Shown here one piece after another: positions 42,301-56,384 of a stretch of 64,000 nucleotides of DNA. How positions within the stretch are numbered: position 1 is the first letter of the stretch; the number at the start of each line of letters is the position of its first letter. Both the position numbers and the translations under genes were made by a program. Source of the stretch: Macrostomum lignano. Taxonomy: Eukaryota. The stretch covers positions 558,001 through 622,000 of the forward strand of contig NIVC01000114.1 in NCBI GenBank assembly GCA_002269645.1, read 5' to 3'. The notes under the pieces are model-generated. The model did no database searches. It had not been told where the DNA came from and saw only the letters and a program-made list of their open reading frames with translations.

Positions 42301-45300
42301 GCCTCCAGGAGCTTCGCCTGCAGACGTCGTTTGAGCTCCTCGGCCTCCTCGCCGCCACCGCCGCCGCCACCAGTCTCGTACTTGGAGCGCCACTGCTGGG
42401 CCTCACCTTGAGCCTTGGCCAGCTGCCGCTGCAGATCGGACTTGGCCTCCTGCTCCTCCTCGAGCTGCTCTCTCAGCTGGTCCAGGTCGGCATTCAGGTT
42501 GCGAGCTTCCGAGCTCAGTTTGGTCTTCTGACGGCTCTCGTCTTCTAGATTGCGTCTGCGGTAGTATTTTACGAAGATTTATTCATGAGTGTCTAGCACT
42601 AGGGGGGGGGGCGTAGCCCAGTGGCCCAGCGCGGCGCTCTGATATGCCAGCGGCCCAGGCTCGATTCCAAGTGCATTTGGGGCTAAATTGGAATCTCGGC
42701 TTGGCTTTGCTCGTGCAATTGACGGCCTTGAGCGGGGGCGTCGCCACCGGGGGGGGGGGGCATGGGGGGCATGTTGCCCCCCCCCCCCCCGAGTAAAAGC
42801 TCAGGCCCATACTTTGTCCCCATTCCACCTTGTGACCCAGTGTAGAAATGAAAAAAATTCAGGCCGCCAAAATGAGTCATATAGGATTCTTGGCTTTGTC
42901 CCCCACAAAAAAAAATTGGCAACGCCCCCTTGAGGGCCAACCCCCTAAGGCACATTGAAGTGTACATGCCTAACCATAAATAAAGCTATGGCCGCTGTAC
43001 ACTCCTAGCTGTGTGAGTGTGTGCCTGTGCGTATAGCTAACTGTGTACATATCCGCGCACTTGTGTGCCTGCTCAGGGAGTCGGCGGAATTGTCGCCAGT
43101 TGTGAAACAATGTCGCTTAAAGTGCGCAAGGCTACACCCAGCCCCCAAGCCTCGAATAAAAAAGTATCCAGCACTACTCGTATTTCTGCCTGCTTAGTAG
43201 TATCCGCCAGAGGTAGAAATGCATGCAAAATAATTGATTCTCAACCTGGCCTCATCCAGTTGCTGCGTCAGCTGCTGCTTCGCCTTGGTCAGCTGAGCCA
43301 GCTGAGCCTCGGCCTCTTCAAGTCGTCGACCGAGGTCGCCGCCCTCCTGTTGAGCTCGGTTCTTCTGCGACTGCAGGTCGCCAATCTGGCGAGTGGCTTC
43401 GTCCAGACGGCCCTGTAGGCAAAAAAGTTATGAATAAATGACGTAGTTTTATAACGGTTAGCGGTTCTCAGAGTATTTCAGCATACCTGCAGATCACTCA
43501 GCTGAGCCTCCAAGCCCTTGCTATTCTTCTCAGCGGCAGCCTTGGACTTGTTGACGTGTTCCAACTGAGCGTGCAGGTCTTCAACCTCGGCTTTGAACTG
43601 CGTTTTTTCCTTCTCCGTTTTTCCCTTGGCCTTCTGCAGCTGGTCGACTTGTTCAGACAGCTCGTTGACCGCGTCCTGTTGCTTCTTGCGCAGCTGCTGA
43701 ACCATCTGCTCGTGTTGGAGCACGTTGTCCTCCATCTCCCGGCGCAGCTTCAGCAACTCAGCTTCGCGCTTCTTGTTCAACTCCTGCTGAGCCACGGTGG
43801 CGCCGCCCTGCTCTTCCAGCCTGTCAGCAACGTCGTCAAGTTCGGCCTCCACCTGCTGACGCTGTTTCTCAGCCTTTGAACGAGCCTGACGTTCGGCTTC
43901 GAGCTCCTCTTCGAGTTCCTGAATTACCAGGCAACGATGATTAGTTTATTGCTAATGTTACGGTGATTTGCGAGTACGATATTTACTTATTTTAACTTCT
44001 TACCTGAATGCGAGCCTGCAGCTCCTTGATCTTTCGCTGCAGCTGAGCAATGATGCCCTGCTCGTCCTCAACTTTGTTGTGCAAACTGTTTAGCTCGGCG
44101 TCCTTGCGCTTGATCTGCTCCTCCATGTCGCGCTTCACCCGCTCCAGATCGTCCACCGTTTCTTGAGTCATCTTCAAGTCGCCCTCGACTTTGCGCTTCG
44201 CTTTTTCAACATCTCCGCGAACTTTCTTCTCGCGCTCAAGTTGGTCCTCCAGCTCGTCCAGGTTCTGCTCAAGCTTTTGCTTCAGCTTATTAAGGTTCTT
44301 CACTTTCTCCTCTTCGGCAGCAAGAGCCTCTTGCGTCTGCTTGATGGTCTCCTCATGGGCCTTCTTCTCCTTCTGCAGCTTGGCGAGGGACTCATCCTGT
44401 CGGGCCATCTCCTCCTGAAGTGTCTTGATCTGGTTCTCCTTGCTCTGCTTTTCCTGCTCAGACTTCTGCAAGCTCTGCTCGAGATCATCGATATCCTTTT
44501 TCAGCTCGTCCATCTCGCCCTCCATCTTCTTTTTAACGCCTTCAAGTTCGTTTGCAGCGTCTTCTTCGTCAAGGAGACGGTCTTCGAGCTCCTTGAGCTG
44601 CGACTCAAAGTCTGCCTTCTGTTTGATGAGGCTTTCAATTTTTTCCTCGGCGTCAGCAAGAGTGTCCTGCTCAGCCTGCAGCTGGAGGAAGATGTCATTC
44701 TTTTGCTGCAGCAGGGTGACATTTTGCTCCTCGAGCTCCTTCTTCAGCTTCTCCATCTTCTCAAATTCTTCCTTCATCTTGGCGAGCTCCTCAGCAGCCT
44801 TCTTCATCTCCTCTTCCTGGCGAGCAACGTTAAGCATTGGCTTAACCTTGAGGTACAGGCGCCACCATTCCCAGTTCTTCAGCTGCAGGTGCTTGCGCAC
44901 GTTGCGCTGGATGATGCTGAGAGCAGTGCGCTGGTCTTGCAGCTTCTTGTGCTTCTTGCGCATCACGTAGCCACGGATCTGGGCCTGGAACAGCGCGATG
45001 ATGCGGCTCAGCTTCTCATCGCGCATGTCCTCGAGTTCGGCCAGCACACCGGCCTTGAAGAAGACCTTCGTGGTGCCCAGACGGTACTGCTGCTTGTCAA
45101 GTTGCACAGCCTCGAGAATGTTGCCACTGACCACTTTACCTTCGACGAAGCCTTCCGGAATAGCGTTTGGAGCCAGGATCGAGTAGCTAAAATGTTTAAA
45201 TGGATGTTAACATGATGCTGGGGATCTTAAGAACTCGATTATTCTTTCTGTATATCTCATGTTTCATGTCACTTACCGCTGCTTGAACTCGGTGTAGATG

Positions 45301-48300
45301 AGGCGATTTGGGAAACCCTTCCGACAGATACGGATGCCCTCCAGCACGCCGTTGCAGTGAAGCTGGTGGAGCACCAGGTGAGCGTCCACCACGCCTGATT
45401 GTTTGAACTCGTTCGGCACAATGCAACGAATGAAGTTGGGCGAAGTGCTGTGCAGATTTTTCATCAGCTTGTTCAGCGACTCCTGTTTGGTTTGTTACAT
45501 TGTTTAGTTGGTTTGCTTTGAGTCCTACTGTCGTAGAGGACCAATGATCCACGTTTTTAACTCTACTTACCCTGTGCGTAGCAGAGATGGTTTGCATGCC
45601 GCCGCCCTTGCGTTTCTTGCCGGATTTTGCATCGCCTCCGTCTGAGAAAAAGCCACCGGTAATGTTACCACGAGAACATCCGGGATGTTTATGAAAATAA
45701 TGACATCGAAGCACTATTATTCTTACCACTAACTGGAGGGAAAAACGTCGCAACCATGTGCTCCTTGCTGGCGCTCAGAACTTCAATAACAGACTCGTTC
45801 AGCGGGTCTTTGTTCCGCTCCAGCCAGCCGGTGATGTTGTATCCCACGGTGCCGGCGTAGTGGTGCAGCTCGAAGTGCGCCTCTGCCTTGCCGGGCTTCG
45901 GCGGCTTCGGCTTGCCAAAGTTCGGCGACTTTCCAAGATGGTTGTCGTACAGCTTGTTCTTGAATGTGGTGTCCGAGGCCTTAGGGAACATGCACTCTTC
46001 CTCCAGGATGGACAGGATGCCCATTGGCTTCTCGATCAGCTCGATGCAGGCGGCAAGGTCCATGCCGAAGTCGATAAACTCCCAGTCGATGGCCTCCTTC
46101 TTGTACTCCTCCTGCTCCAGCACAAACATGTGGTGGTTGAAGAACTGCTGCAGCCGCTCGTTGGTGTAGTTGATGCAGATCTGCTCGAACCCGTTGAAAT
46201 CGAAGATCTCAAAGCCGGCAATGTCCAGCACGCCGATGAAGAACTGACGCTTAGCCTTGGTGTCCAGGGTCTGGTTGACTCTGGCCACCAGCCAGGCGAA
46301 CATGCGGTGGTAGAGCGACTTGGCCAGGGCTTGCATTGAGAAGTTCACCTAGTTTTTGAGCGTTTCGATGAACGTTATGATGAACTCGCAGGCACTGAGC
46401 ATTTTGAAACTAATTCGTAGCTTTATCTTACCTGCTCCAGTGACTGTCCCTTGGTTACGTAATCGTTTCCAACTTTGACCTTCGGCTTCAGAATTGCCTG
46501 CAGCAGGTCCTTGGCGTTGACGCCCAACAGGAAGGCGACCTTCTCAGCTTCGGCGGTTCCATCGGTTTCTGCTTGCTCTTCGCGCGGTCTCTGCTTGAAC
46601 TTCATCTCGCCCATGTTCATAATGGCGCACGTGGCCTTGTACATGCCGTTTTTTTCCACGGCTGAGAAGCCCAGAATGTCGAAGGCCTCGTCGGTGAACT
46701 TCATCTCCTCGGAGTCGTCCACTCCGTCGATTTGCAGCTCGCCCTGGTTGATAAACGAGTAGAGGCCGGGGTCGGGGGCCACCAGCAGCTTGTCGTGCCA
46801 CTGCTTGGCGTAATCAGACAACAGCTGGTAGAAGATGTGGTAGTTGCGCTCCCCGCCCATCTGGGAGGTGACGCGAGACTTCTCGAGCAGGTCTGAGAAT
46901 TGTATATTAACAAAGAGTTAGAACCGAATACATGCATCACTGCACTCGCCTCTTCACCCACTGCTCATGAACAGATAAACTCATCAATTCACCGATGAGC
47001 CTATGAACTTTGCACTCACACATTCACTTATGAAAAATTATGCTCGTGAGCTCACACATTGAATCATGAACTTATGAACCCCTGAACTAACTAATGAACC
47101 AACAAATTAACTCACTCATGTACTCATTTATGAACTCACTACTGTAACATAATCACTCGTGACCTCACTCATGAAGTCCCTCATGAATTCACGCATTGAC
47201 ACAACTGTTAGTCATGAACTGAGTGATTAGTGATGAACTCACTTATGAACTCACTCATTAACTCACCTATGATTTTACTCATGAACTCACCTATGATTTT
47301 ACTCATGAACTCACTCATTAACTCCCCTATGAGCCCACTCATAAACTCATTCATGAACTCACTCATTAACTCCCCTATGAACTCACTCATTAACTCACTC
47401 ATGAACTCACTCATTAACTTACTAATGAACTCACTCATGAACTCACTCATAAACTCATTCATGAACTCACTCATTAACTCCCCTATGAACTCACTCATGA
47501 ACTCACTCATTAACTTACTAATGAACTCACTCATTAACTCACTCATGAACTCACTCATAAACTCATTCATGAACTCACTCATTAATTCCCCTATGAACTC
47601 ACTCATTAACTCACTCATGAACTCACTCATGAACTCACTCATGAACTCACTCATTAACTCCCCTATGAACTCACTAATGAACTCACTCATGAACTCACTC
47701 ATGAACTCACTCATGAACTCACTCATGAACTCACTCATGAACTCACTCATGAACTTACTCATGAACTCACTCATGAACTCACTCATGAACTCACTCATGA
47801 ACTCACTCATGAACTCACTCATGAACTCACTCATGAACTCACTCATAAACATACAAGCCATGTTGCAGCCAGCAATACTTACAAAACTCGATATCCGCTC
47901 CAGCAATCTTGCCAGCCGGACCAAAGTGAATTCGAATAAATTTTCCCTGAAATTTGATATACTTTTCTAGCATGAAAAGCTTCATGATTTTAATCAGAAA
48001 GTTAAAAATGCTAGCGGCAGTTTTGAACTTACAAATCGAGACGAGTTGTTGTTCCTGACAGTTTTGGCGTTGCCGTACGCTTCCAGCACAGGGTTGGCCT
48101 GCACAATCTGCTCCTCTAGTGTGCCCTGCCAGAGAAATGATTTGTTAAAATGTACGCGATTCATTTGTATAGCGTGTTTTCTTAGAAAAAATCAATATTT
48201 ATGGCAAAGTCAAATCATGCAGGAAAATGCGACACATTCTACTTAGTAGCGTATATTGATTGTTACCATTGATATTTAGCTGGCGTTCACAGAATATCAG

Positions 48301-51300
48301 AACGTATTAGGGATTTCGTCACACAAATAAAAATGAATCAATGAAGACTGCAGCATCCTTCATCACCGAACCTTCTTGTTGTCGACTGCTTCAGCGGCCT
48401 CCTTGCCTCCGGAGAGGGCGGTCAGCTGGGCGAAGTAAGAGATGACCTTCTTTGTGTTTTCGGTTTTACCGGCTCCGCTCTCGCCGCTGAGAGTCGTTTT
48501 TAAGGGAGTAGACGGTTGGGCTTATATTTTGCAATAAAATGCCACAGCTCTACTAAATAGTAGCTTAAATTCAAACAGCCAGAAAGCATCTAAAAAGCAT
48601 TTATAAGATGACAGCGAAGCGGATAGTCACGACTGCTAGTGCATGTAGCTGTGTTAACAATGCGATGCCAAATAGCGAAAATGCAGTGTCTAAATTATCA
48701 CTGAGTGACAAGTCTATGGAAGTGACAAATGTGGAAGTGACAAGTATTTGGGGTGAAAATTATGAGAGTGGTAAGTCTTTGAGAATAACAAATGTAGGAG
48801 TGACAAGTACGGGAGTGACAATTAAGGAAGTGACAAGTAAGGGAGTGACAATTAAGGGAGTGACAAGTAAGGGGGTGACAATTAAGGGAGTGACAAGTAA
48901 GGGGGTGACAATTAAGGGAGTGAAAAGTAAGGGGTGACAATAAAGGGAGTGACAAGTAAGGGGGTGACAAGTAAGGGAGTGACAATTAAGGGAGTGACAA
49001 GTAAGGGGGTGACAAGTAAGGGAGTGACAATTAAGAAAGTGACAATTAAGGGAGTGACAAGTAAGGGAGTGACAAGTAAGGGAGTGACAAGTAAGGGAGT
49101 GACAAGTAAGGGAGTGACAATTAAGAAAGTGACAAGTAAGGGAGTGACAATTAAGGGAGTGACAAGTAAGGGAGTGACAAGTAAGGGAGTGACAAGTAAG
49201 GGGTGACAATTAAGGGAGTGACAAGTAAGGGGGTGACAATTAAGGGAGTAAAAAGTAAGGGGTGACAATTAAGGGAGTGACAAGTAAGGGGGTGACAAGT
49301 AAGAAAGTGACAATTAAGGGAGTGACAAGTAAGGGGGTGACAAGTAAGAAAGTGACAATTAAGAAAGTGACAATTAAGGGAGTGACAAGTAAGGGAGTGA
49401 CAAGTAAGAAAGTGACAATTAAGAAAGTGACAATTAAGGGAGTGACAAGTAAGGGAGTGACAATTAAGAAAGTGACAAGTCAGGGAGTGACAATTAAGGG
49501 AGTGACAAGTAAGGGAGTGACAAGTAAGGGAGTGACAATTAAGAAAGTGACAAGTCAGGTAGTGACAATTAAGGGAGTGACAAGTAAGGGAGTGACAAGT
49601 ACAGAAGTGACAAATCTTGGAAGTGATTCGTATTGGAAGAAAGCAAAACATGAGTAAATAATTAGAAGAGTGACAAGACGTTATGGAATTTTTAAATGAG
49701 CATGTGCATTTTCTAGTAAAGTTAAAAGTATCCTTGCTAAACAGAAGCCTGAATCAAACTAAACAAACAAAGATCATTTAAATAGTTTATATTAAAAATA
49801 TTAACAAAATTGAAATAATTAAAACAGCCACATACGTGATCAACACAGACTGGTTTTCGCGATCTAAAATGATGGTAGGCAAAACATGAGTGACATACTT
49901 TATCGATAACATTTTTATGAGGTTACTGTTGCTAAGGCGCAGGATTCCAACTCACCCTGCAGCATGTTAGAGTAGGCATTGTCAGAGATGGCGAACGCGT
50001 GCGGTGGCATCTCAGTTTTGCGTTTGCCTTTGTACTTCAGCACCACACTGTTGGTGTAGATGGGCAGCCGCTTGTACGGGTTCACCACCACGCAGAACAG
50101 GCCCGAGTAGGTCTGAGATTGAGATCCCGTTGTTAGATTTAGAGTTATTGCAACTGGTTTCATTAAAACTTCATCAAGGCAAAAGCGACAAATGCAGCCC
50201 CCTTTTTACCGAGGTTCCTTCCGTCCTATTCTGTGACTCTTTGTTCTCCTCTGTGACTCTTTGTTCTCCTCTGTGACTCTTTGTTCTCCTCTGTGACTCT
50301 TTGTTCTCCTCTGTGACTCTTTGTTCTCCTCTGTGACTCTTTGTTCTCCTCTGTGACTCTTTGTTCTCCTCTGTGACTCTTTGTTCTCCTCTGTGACTCT
50401 TTGTTCTCCTCTGTGACTCTTTGTTCTCCTCTGTGACTCTTTGTTCTCCTCTGTGACTCTTTGTTCTCCTCTGTGACTCTTTGTTCTCCTCTGTGACTCT
50501 TTGTTCTCCTCTGTGACTCTTTGTTCTCCTCTGTGACTCTTTGTTCTCCTCTGTGACTCTTTGTTCTCCTCTGTGACTCTTTGTTCTCCTCTGCGACTAT
50601 ATTCTCTTCTGTGACTCTTTGTTCTCCTCTGTGACTCTTTGTTCTCTTCTGCGACTCTTTGTTCTCCTCTGCGACTATATTCTCTTCTGTGACTCTTTGT
50701 TCTCCTCTGTGACTCTTTGTTCTCCTCTGTGACTCTTTGTTCTCCTCTGTGACTCTTTGTTCTCCTCTGTGACTCTTTGTTCTCCTCTGTGACTCTTTGT
50801 TCTCCTCTGTGACTCTTTGTTCTCCTCTGTGACTCTTTGTTCTCCTCTGTGACTCTTTGTTCTCCTCTGTGACTCTTTGTTCTCCTCTGTGACTCTTTGT
50901 TCTCCTCTGTGACTCTTTGTTCTCCTCTGTGACTCTTTGTTCTCCTCTGTGACTCTTTGTTCTCCTCTGTGACTCTTTGTTCTCCTCTGCGACTATATTC
51001 TCTTCTGTGATTCTTTGTTCTCCTCTGTGACTCTTTGTTCTCCTCTGTGACTCTTTGTTCTCCTCTGCGACTATATTCTCTTCTGTGATTCTTTGTTCTC
51101 CTCTGTGACTCTTTGTTCTCCTCTGTGACTCTTTGTTCTCCTCTGTGACTCTTTGTTCTCCTCTGCGACTCTTTGTTCTCCTCTGTGACTCTTTGTTCTC
51201 CTCTGTGACTCTTTGTTCTCCTCTGTGACTCTTTGTTCTCTTCTGCGACTATATTCTCTTCTGTGATTCTTTGTTCTCCTCTGTGACTCTTTGTTCTCCT

Positions 51301-53339
51301 CTGCGACTATATTTTCTTCTGTGACTCTTTGTTCTCCTCTGTGACTCTTTGTTCTCTTCTGCGACTATATTCTCTTCTGTGATTCTTTGTTCTCCTCTGT
51401 GACTCTTTGGTCTCCTCTGCGACTATATTTTCTTCTGTGATTCTTTGTTCTCCTCTGTGACTCTTTGCTCTCCTCTGTGACTCTTTGTTCTCTTCTGCGA
51501 CTATATTCTCTTCTGTGATTCTTTGTTCTCCTCTGTGACTCTTTGTTCTCCTCTGTGACTCCTTGTTCTCCTCTGTGACTCTTTGTTCTCTTCTGCGACT
51601 ATATTCTCTTCTGTGATTCTTTGTTCTCCTCTGTGACTCTTTGTTCTCCTCTGTGACTCCTTGTTCTCCTCTGTGACTCTTTGTTCTCTTCTGCGACTAT
51701 ATTCTCTTCTGTGATTCTTTGTTCTCCTCTGTGACTCTTTGTTCTCCTCTGTGACTCTTTGTTCTCCTCTGTGACTCTTTGTTCTCTTCTGCGACTATAT
51801 TCTCTTCTGTGATTCTTTGTTCTCCTCTGTGACTCTTTGTTCTCCTCTGCGACTATATTTTCTTCTGTGATTCTTTGTTCTCCTCTGTGACTCTCTATTT
51901 TCCTTTTTGACTCTCTATTCTTTTCTATGACTCTATTCTCCTTTATGACTATCTATCTTCCTCTGTGACTATCTATTCTCCTCTATCTATGACTCTATTC
52001 TCCTCTGTGACTCTCTATCCTCCTCTGTGATTCTCTATCCTCCTTTGTGACTCCTCTATTCTCTTTTGCAGCTCTTTTTTCTGTGACATGGATATAATTC
52101 AGACGCCACACAACAAAACTCTCGTCATACAGTGAATCGATGACTCAGGACAAAATCCAAATTCTATGACTCATCTACCTCATTCTCCACGACTTTTGAT
52201 GTTCATCTGAATGTTTATCTCATTAAATCCCAATTAACTATCCCATACACAAAGAAACTCACGTAGATGAGCATTTTAATGTAGCGCTGCTTCAAGTTGT
52301 GCAGCACAGAGGCGTCGTTCAAGAAGGTCAGGTTGGCCATGTCTTCGTACAGCTCGAATTTTGGCGGGTTCATCTGCTGCACATCGTCCTCCTTCAGGGT
52401 CTTCTCCTGGTTGGGGCCAAATTTTGTTGTTGATTCGTGTTTACTCCTAATGTTAACCAAGTCACTCAGGTCTGAAGCAGTCAAAATGTCACTCAGTCAC
52501 TCACTGCCGCAGTCACAATGTCAGTCTGTCCCCCAGTGCTGCAGTCACAATGTCGCTAAGTCACACACTTAGTCTCTTATTACCAGAGATACAATGTCAC
52601 TCAATCACTCACTGCCGCAGTCACAATGTCACTCAATCACTCACTGCCGCAGTCACAATGTCACTCAATCACTCACTGCGGCAGTCACAATGTCACTCAA
52701 TCACTCACTGCCGCAGTCAAAATGTCACTCAGTCACTCACTGCCGCAGTCACAATGCCACTCTGTCCCCCAGTACTGCAGTCACAATGTCGCTAAGTCAC
52801 ACACTTAGTCTCTTATTACCAGAGATACAATGTCACTCAATCACTCACTGCCACAGTCACAATGTCACTCAATTACTCACTGCCGCAGTCACAATGTCAC
52901 TCAATCACTCACTGCGGCAGTCACAATGTCACTCAATCACTCACTGCCGCAGTCAAAATGTCACTCAGTCACTAACTGCACCTGCTAGTCCGTCAGCGTA
53001 TCTATCCACTCACAGTCACTTAATCACTTACTTTCGCTGTCACTCAGACACTGATCAGTCGCTCCGTCGTGCAGCCTAAAACCGTACAACCACTCATGCT
53101 ACAAGTGCTCACATAAATTTAATAATTGATAAACTTCTCACCTCTCCTTTCTCCGTCTTAACCGTGACTTTCCCGCCCTCTCGCGAGATCACGTCGCCCT
53201 TGACGTATCCCTCCTTCTCGTCGGGCACCCAGCAAACTTTCTTAGAATCGAAGGTGACATTGCCGAGCTCCTTCAGCAGGGCTTTCCTGTCGACGCCGAG
53301 GTACTTGAAGTCTGGGTCTTTGGGATCCAGGCCGGACAT
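39363..53339 (-). CDS. Mhc: Muscle myosin II heavy chain, 20 coding exons, ~1956 aa
   Basis: Exons 53339-53142, 52406-52263, 50112-49956, 49863-49836, 48486-48372, 48125-48033, 47946-47883, 46892-46432, 46348-45727, 45641-45571, 45482-45277, 45186-44004, 43918-43487, 43412-43246, 42555-41841, 41286-40936, 40856-40548, 40167-39928, 39852-39586, 39410-39363. All are GT-AG and sum to 5871 nt. Motifs: P-loop [50 protein letters not shown], and a long heptad rod. Confidence 0.97.
40290..40470 (+). mobile_element. tRNA-derived SINE fragment in a myosin intron
   Basis: tRNA-like head with B-box-like ggttcgattc (~40341), followed by tgcttcagttcacccagctgtaaaatggg, which resembles the conserved central domains of metazoan SINEs. 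Confidence 0.6.
41466..41625. repeat. 42-43 bp minisatellite, ~4 copies (ggatctgcttccaggtggtg core)
   Basis: The core recurs at 41483, 41526, 41568 and, degenerate, near 41609. Confidence 0.9.
42733..42930. mobile_element. Short MITE-like element in a myosin intron
   Basis: Inverted ends gggggcgtcgcca ... tggcaacgccccc with poly-G/poly-C interior, similar in layout to the MITE at 15208. The TSD is not clean. Confidence 0.55.
47170..47850. repeat. 12-bp minisatellite (atgaactcactc) in myosin intron 7
   Basis: Tandem copies, purest at the right end and decaying leftward to about 46960. Confidence 0.97.
48700..49620. repeat. 15-bp minisatellite (gtgacaagtaaggga) in myosin intron 4
   Basis: Tandem copies with gtgacaattaag variants. 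Confidence 0.97.
50233..52080. repeat. 20-bp minisatellite (ctgtgactctttgttctcct) in myosin intron 2
   Basis: Near-perfect on the left, with 19-bp variant units interspersed and decay to the right. Confidence 0.98.
52485..52975. repeat. ~32-bp minisatellite (gtcacaatgtcactcaatcactcactgccgca) in myosin intron 1
   Basis: Tandem copies plus a larger internal duplication (52530-52600 vs 52770-52840). Confidence 0.95.
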
Positions 53340-54875
53340 GACTGCTGTTGCGGCGGCTCAAGGGAACACTGACAGATTCTGACGGGCTGACTGAATCAAG
53401 GATGTCGGGCGGCAGGAGGAATTTCCCCACGGAGGAGCGAGTTTTAACCGATTTGCGTCAGAGCCGAGACGAAACCTTGGCGAGAGGGGAGGGGGATCCG
53501 GGGTGGGACGGTCCTCAGCCCGCCGATGTCCAAATTTGGTCAAATCGATGCTTTTTGCTGACAGACCAACCAGGGCTCGTCTCTCGAAGCCTTATTATCG
53601 ATCTGGGTCAGCCCACACAACCCAGTTTTGCATTCGTCTTTGGCATCATGCATCTATAAAGATTTTGCTTGAACCAAACTATAATAACATAAGATAATTA
53701 CAGCAAAGTGCGCCATCGAAATTGATAGAATAAAAAATTGCATATCATTCTATGAATTCCTACTGAATGAGAATCACCAAGTGGAAAGAAACTGTAGGAT
53801 ATTTACTTGATGGGATGGTTGAACCTCTGTTGCAGAAAAGATTTCCATCGCTGATCAGGGTAGAAGACGGTGGGACTGCCGATTCCAAAGCAGGATTCCG
53901 GCCCCTCCCCTGGGTGCCGCTAGAAAGAAAGGAGCATTTCTTCTCCCAGGAAATTGCATTGATAGGAGACTAGGAGACACAGGAAGCCGGGTCATGAGGA
54001 TTAGAAGCTGGGGGCTGGTTAACATTCTGCCGAGGTCTTCAGGGAGAGACCGACCGATCCGCGAAAACCCGCAAAACCAGATGGGAGCAAACTTGGGCGA
54101 AAATTCTGATTGACAGCTCGGCTGGAACGACGCGGGCACGCGGCCCCCTAGTTATAAGCGCTGGCAGATTAGAGCAAAAATCAGCACAAACTATCAGCAG
54201 CCCCTGGAGCCGGGAAAAAACTTGGTGAATGGTAAATGTCACCCGGGGCCGCGTGCAGGCAGCTGTTGCAGCTGCATTCCGATCCTCGGCGGAACCTGTC
54301 CATCTTTAAGCCGCTCGGACGCCGCTTGGAGGCTCTGGGCCTGGTTAAGCGAAAATCTCTCGTGTGAAGATTTTTACCTGCGAGAAATCTGTCCCAAAGC
54401 AGGCTTGTTTGATAAAAATGAACTGATGAAAATTTTAGTTTGAATCTCTGAATCTCTGACAGTTCATCTTCAGTCTAGTGACTAGGAGTCATCATTTCAA
54501 GGTATGGGTGGTCAAGTTCTTGGAAACTTAGCAGTTTAACAAAGCCTTCAGACGTTTTTATTTAGAGGGGAATAAAATTAATAAATGAAAAATTTTTTTG
54601 AAAACTACAGACTCGTAAATGCATAAAGACACAAAAATGAAGTAACACCATAATCAAATGCACGATCCGTAGCATAATGTAGCTAAGGCCGGAGTTGGCT
54701 GAGAGACAAACCAAACGGCAAAAGCGAAGTTTTAAATCAAGCTTGGAACATTTTTCATGTAATTCAAATAGAAAAATGTAGTTTTTTTATGCAAACGAAG
54801 GCAATTCTTTCTACTAGTAAGAAAGTCGTTGACTGAAATTTCTCTATTGGCTAAAATCTAAGAAATACGTACAGA

Positions 54876-55865
54876 CTCTGACAGACAGACACTAAGGCAG
54901 ACAGACAGACAGACAGGCAGGCAGACAGACAGACAGACAGACACTAAGGCAGACAGACAGACAGACAGGCAGGCAGACAGACAGACAGACACTAAGGCAG
55001 GCAGACAGACAGACAGGCAGACAGACAGACAGACAGACAGACAGGCAGACAGACAGACTGGCAGACAGACAGGCAGACAGGCAGACAGACAGGCAGACAG
55101 ACAGACTGGCAGACAAACAGGCAGACAGACAGACAGACAGGCAGACAGGCAGACAGACAGGCAGACAGACAGACAAACAGACAGACAGACAAACAGACAG
55201 ACAGGCAGACAGACAGACTGGCAGACAGACAGGCAGACAGGCAGACAGACAGACAGACAGACAGACAGACTGGCAGACAAACGGGCAGACAGACAGACAG
55301 ACAGGCAGACAGGCAGACAGACAGGCAGGCAGACAGACAGACAGGCAGACAGGCAGACAGACAGGCAGACAGACAGACAAACAGACAGACAGACAAACAG
55401 ACAGACAGGCAGACAGACAGACTGGCAGACAGACAGGCAGACAGGCAGACAGACAGACAGACAGACAGACAGACTGGCAGACAAACGGGCAGACAGACAG
55501 ACAGACAGGCAGACAGGCAGACAGACAGGCAGGCAGACAGACAGACAGACAGACAGACACTAAGGCAGACAGACAGACAGACAGGCAGGCAGACAGACAG
55601 ACAGACACTAAGGCAGGCAGACAGACAGACAGGCAGACAGACAGACAGGCAGGCAGACAGACAGACTGGCAGACAGACAGGCAGACAGGCAGACAGACAG
55701 GCAGACAGACAGACTGGCAGACAAACAGGCAGACAGACAGACAGGCAGACAGGCAGACAGACAGGCAGACAGACAGACAAACAGACAGACAGACAAACAG
55801 ACAGACAGGCAGACAGACAGACAAACAGACAGACAGACAAACAGACAGACAGGCAGACAGACAGA
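54876..55865. repeat. (CAGA)n/(CAGG)n compound microsatellite
   Basis: Direct repeat; it produces the spurious SVCL ORFs. Confidence 0.98.
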
Positions 55866-56384
55866 TCAGCAGTGCTTATCTTAAAAGAACCCAGAAGCGG
55901 ACTCGCAAACTTTATAAATATACTCGCACATGTACAATTAGACAAAAAAGCACTGCAGTGAACGCCTACACAGTTTCTAATCCAAGCAGGCACTCTGTAT
56001 AGAAACGCCCAGAGCACTGAAGCATGAAAAGAGATAGAGCTGTTTAGAATTAAGACTAATACTCGTAGAAAAATGAAGAGAAGATAGAAATCTGAGCAGA
56101 GCCCGCATTACAGCACAGAAGCGCAAAGTCTGGCATTGAGTTTCATTTTCACTCAGCTATATACAGTAGATGTAATGCGAAGGCTGCTCTGACTTGATAA
56201 AGACAGTAAACCAGAAAGATTGTCACTTCAGGCGCTGAAAATTAGAAATTGAAGTTTGTTGAGTCTTCCGACATTCTAAAAACTTTGTAAGTTGCATGAA
56301 GCCTTCACAGCTTTTGATTAAATATTATGATAACGCAGACTTTGACTAATTCTGACAGCCATTAAATGGTATAGATCACAGTTC

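Noticed and set aside
39616-46762. Long plus-strand ORFs such as 44163..45215, 41832..42548 and 45758..46339
   Set aside because: They are antisense shadows of codon-biased myosin exons with no independent features.
47208-56017. Repetitive ORFs MSEF/MNSL, CHSLT/VTSKG, SHNVTQ and SVCL
   Set aside because: They are reading frames through intronic or intergenic minisatellites and microsatellites.
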